Source: Octopus bimaculoides
Lineage: Eukaryota
Length of the DNA: 64,000 nucleotides
NCBI RefSeq assembly: GCF_001194135.2
Contig: NC_068983.1
Span: 100,241,798-100,305,797 of the forward strand
Direction: 5' to 3'
Positions 62,944-64,000 of the stretch are shown in pieces. Below the pieces are notes generated by a model. The model ran no database searches, was not told where the DNA came from, and saw nothing but the letters and a program-made list of their open reading frames with translations. The position numbers and the translations under genes are program-made. Position 1 is the first letter of the stretch; each line of letters begins with the position of its first letter.

Positions 62944-63835
62944 TGAGGTCTGATCAATAAATATCCGGACTGTTGCCATGTTAATGAAGCTAAAGCACAC
63001 AGTGAAGCAGCTTGGCACACATTGACCTTGAACTCTGTTGTGCAGGTTCACTAAGCTTTAATGTTCTAGTTCACTTCTGCTGTTTACAGCAGTGCTTGGA
63101 AAGAAGGTGTGTAGCGTGTGATCATCACATTGACCATCACAGAGAAAGTTGTCATGGTGACACCTGCTCAAAGGCCTAAGCAAAGTTGCAGAAAGTGTAT
63201 GGAGAGGAGTGTATGAGTCGCACACAAGTGTACGAATGGTTCAGACGTTTCCAAGATGGCTGGCAAAATGTTGACATTGATGAATGTTCTGGGAGACCTG
63301 CAACCAGCAGAACTGAGAAAAACATCGCAGATGTGCATGCAGCTGTGAGGGGAAATCATCGAATCACCATTTGTGTGTTATCAGAGGATGTGAAGATTAG
63401 TTACAGTTCAGTTCAGTCCATTATCACTGAAGATTTGGGTATGAGACGCCTATCTGCCATGTTTGTGCCAAAACTGCTTTCAGCTGACCAAAAGACACTC
63501 ATGTTTCAGTTGCACAAAATCTCCTTGATTGTGTTGAGAATGATGAAAACTGTTTGAAAACTTTGCGTAGGCTTCTGAGCAGCTATCGCCAAGCTTTTGG
63601 CAAAATTTGATACAGATTCTCTGCTCAACTTTCTCTGTCATGGTCAATGCGATGATCACACGCTACACACCTTCCTTCCAAGCACTTTTGTAAACAGAGG
63701 AAGTGAGCTAGAACATTAAAACTTAGTGCACATGCACAGCAGAGTTCAAGGTCAATCTGTATCAAGTGGCTTCCTTCTCCATGCTTTAGCTTCATTACCA
63801 TAGCAAGAGTCCGGATACTTATTGATCAGACCATG
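62944..63835. mobile_element. Non-autonomous mariner fold-back: two transposon 5' ends head-to-head around an HTH-coding core
   Basis: TA-flanked ends ...GGTCTGATCAATAAATATCCGGAC / GTCCGGATACTTATTGATCAGACC.... 62944-63151 pairs with 63626-63835. The core encodes MSRTQVYEWFRRF...SGRP...FVPKLL, and the minus arm encodes MTEKVEQRICIKFCQKLG. Confidence 0.9.
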
Positions 63836-64000
63836 TATATTAGTATTTATGATCAAATGCTTAAAAAAACCCAAAACACATTGTTAACGTGTTAAAATAC
63901 TCTACCATTGACTAAATTGATTTCAAATTGACTTTAACCATTGAACATAATTTCATTTGCCTCAGTCTACCTCAGTGACTACAGATTCTACTCTTACTCT

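Overview
AT-rich eukaryotic (metazoan) DNA with several N-gaps. The repeat content (tRNA-headed SINEs, long TA/CA/GATA/AAT microsatellites, Penelope, RTE, mariner, Tigger and hAT remnants) looks like an octopus/coleoid cephalopod genome; this is an inference I cannot verify. The one host gene found is a plus-strand VEPH1/melted orthologue. Eleven coding exons (24558-62897; 1938 nt = 646 codons) were assembled by hand with canonical AG/GT sites and matching phases. The C-terminal PH-domain exons lie beyond the window, and a non-coding first exon probably sits in a CpG-retaining zone at about 8.7-11.1 kb. Everything else is decayed transposons, SINEs, MITEs and tandem repeats. Best leads: (1) three minimal Penelope-type hammerhead-ribozyme motifs, one on the sense strand of VEPH1 intron 4, one with a U3-A8 core variant, and one joined to a tRNA-like Pol III cassette at a Penelope end; (2) a duplicated RVxF (PP1-docking-like) motif pair in exon 6 that an in-frame alternative donor would remove; (3) near-identical SINEs in alternating orientation around exon blocks, plus a mariner fold-back beside exon 11, as candidate dsRNA, A-to-I editing or circRNA structures. 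No prokaryotic features or CRISPR arrays were found.
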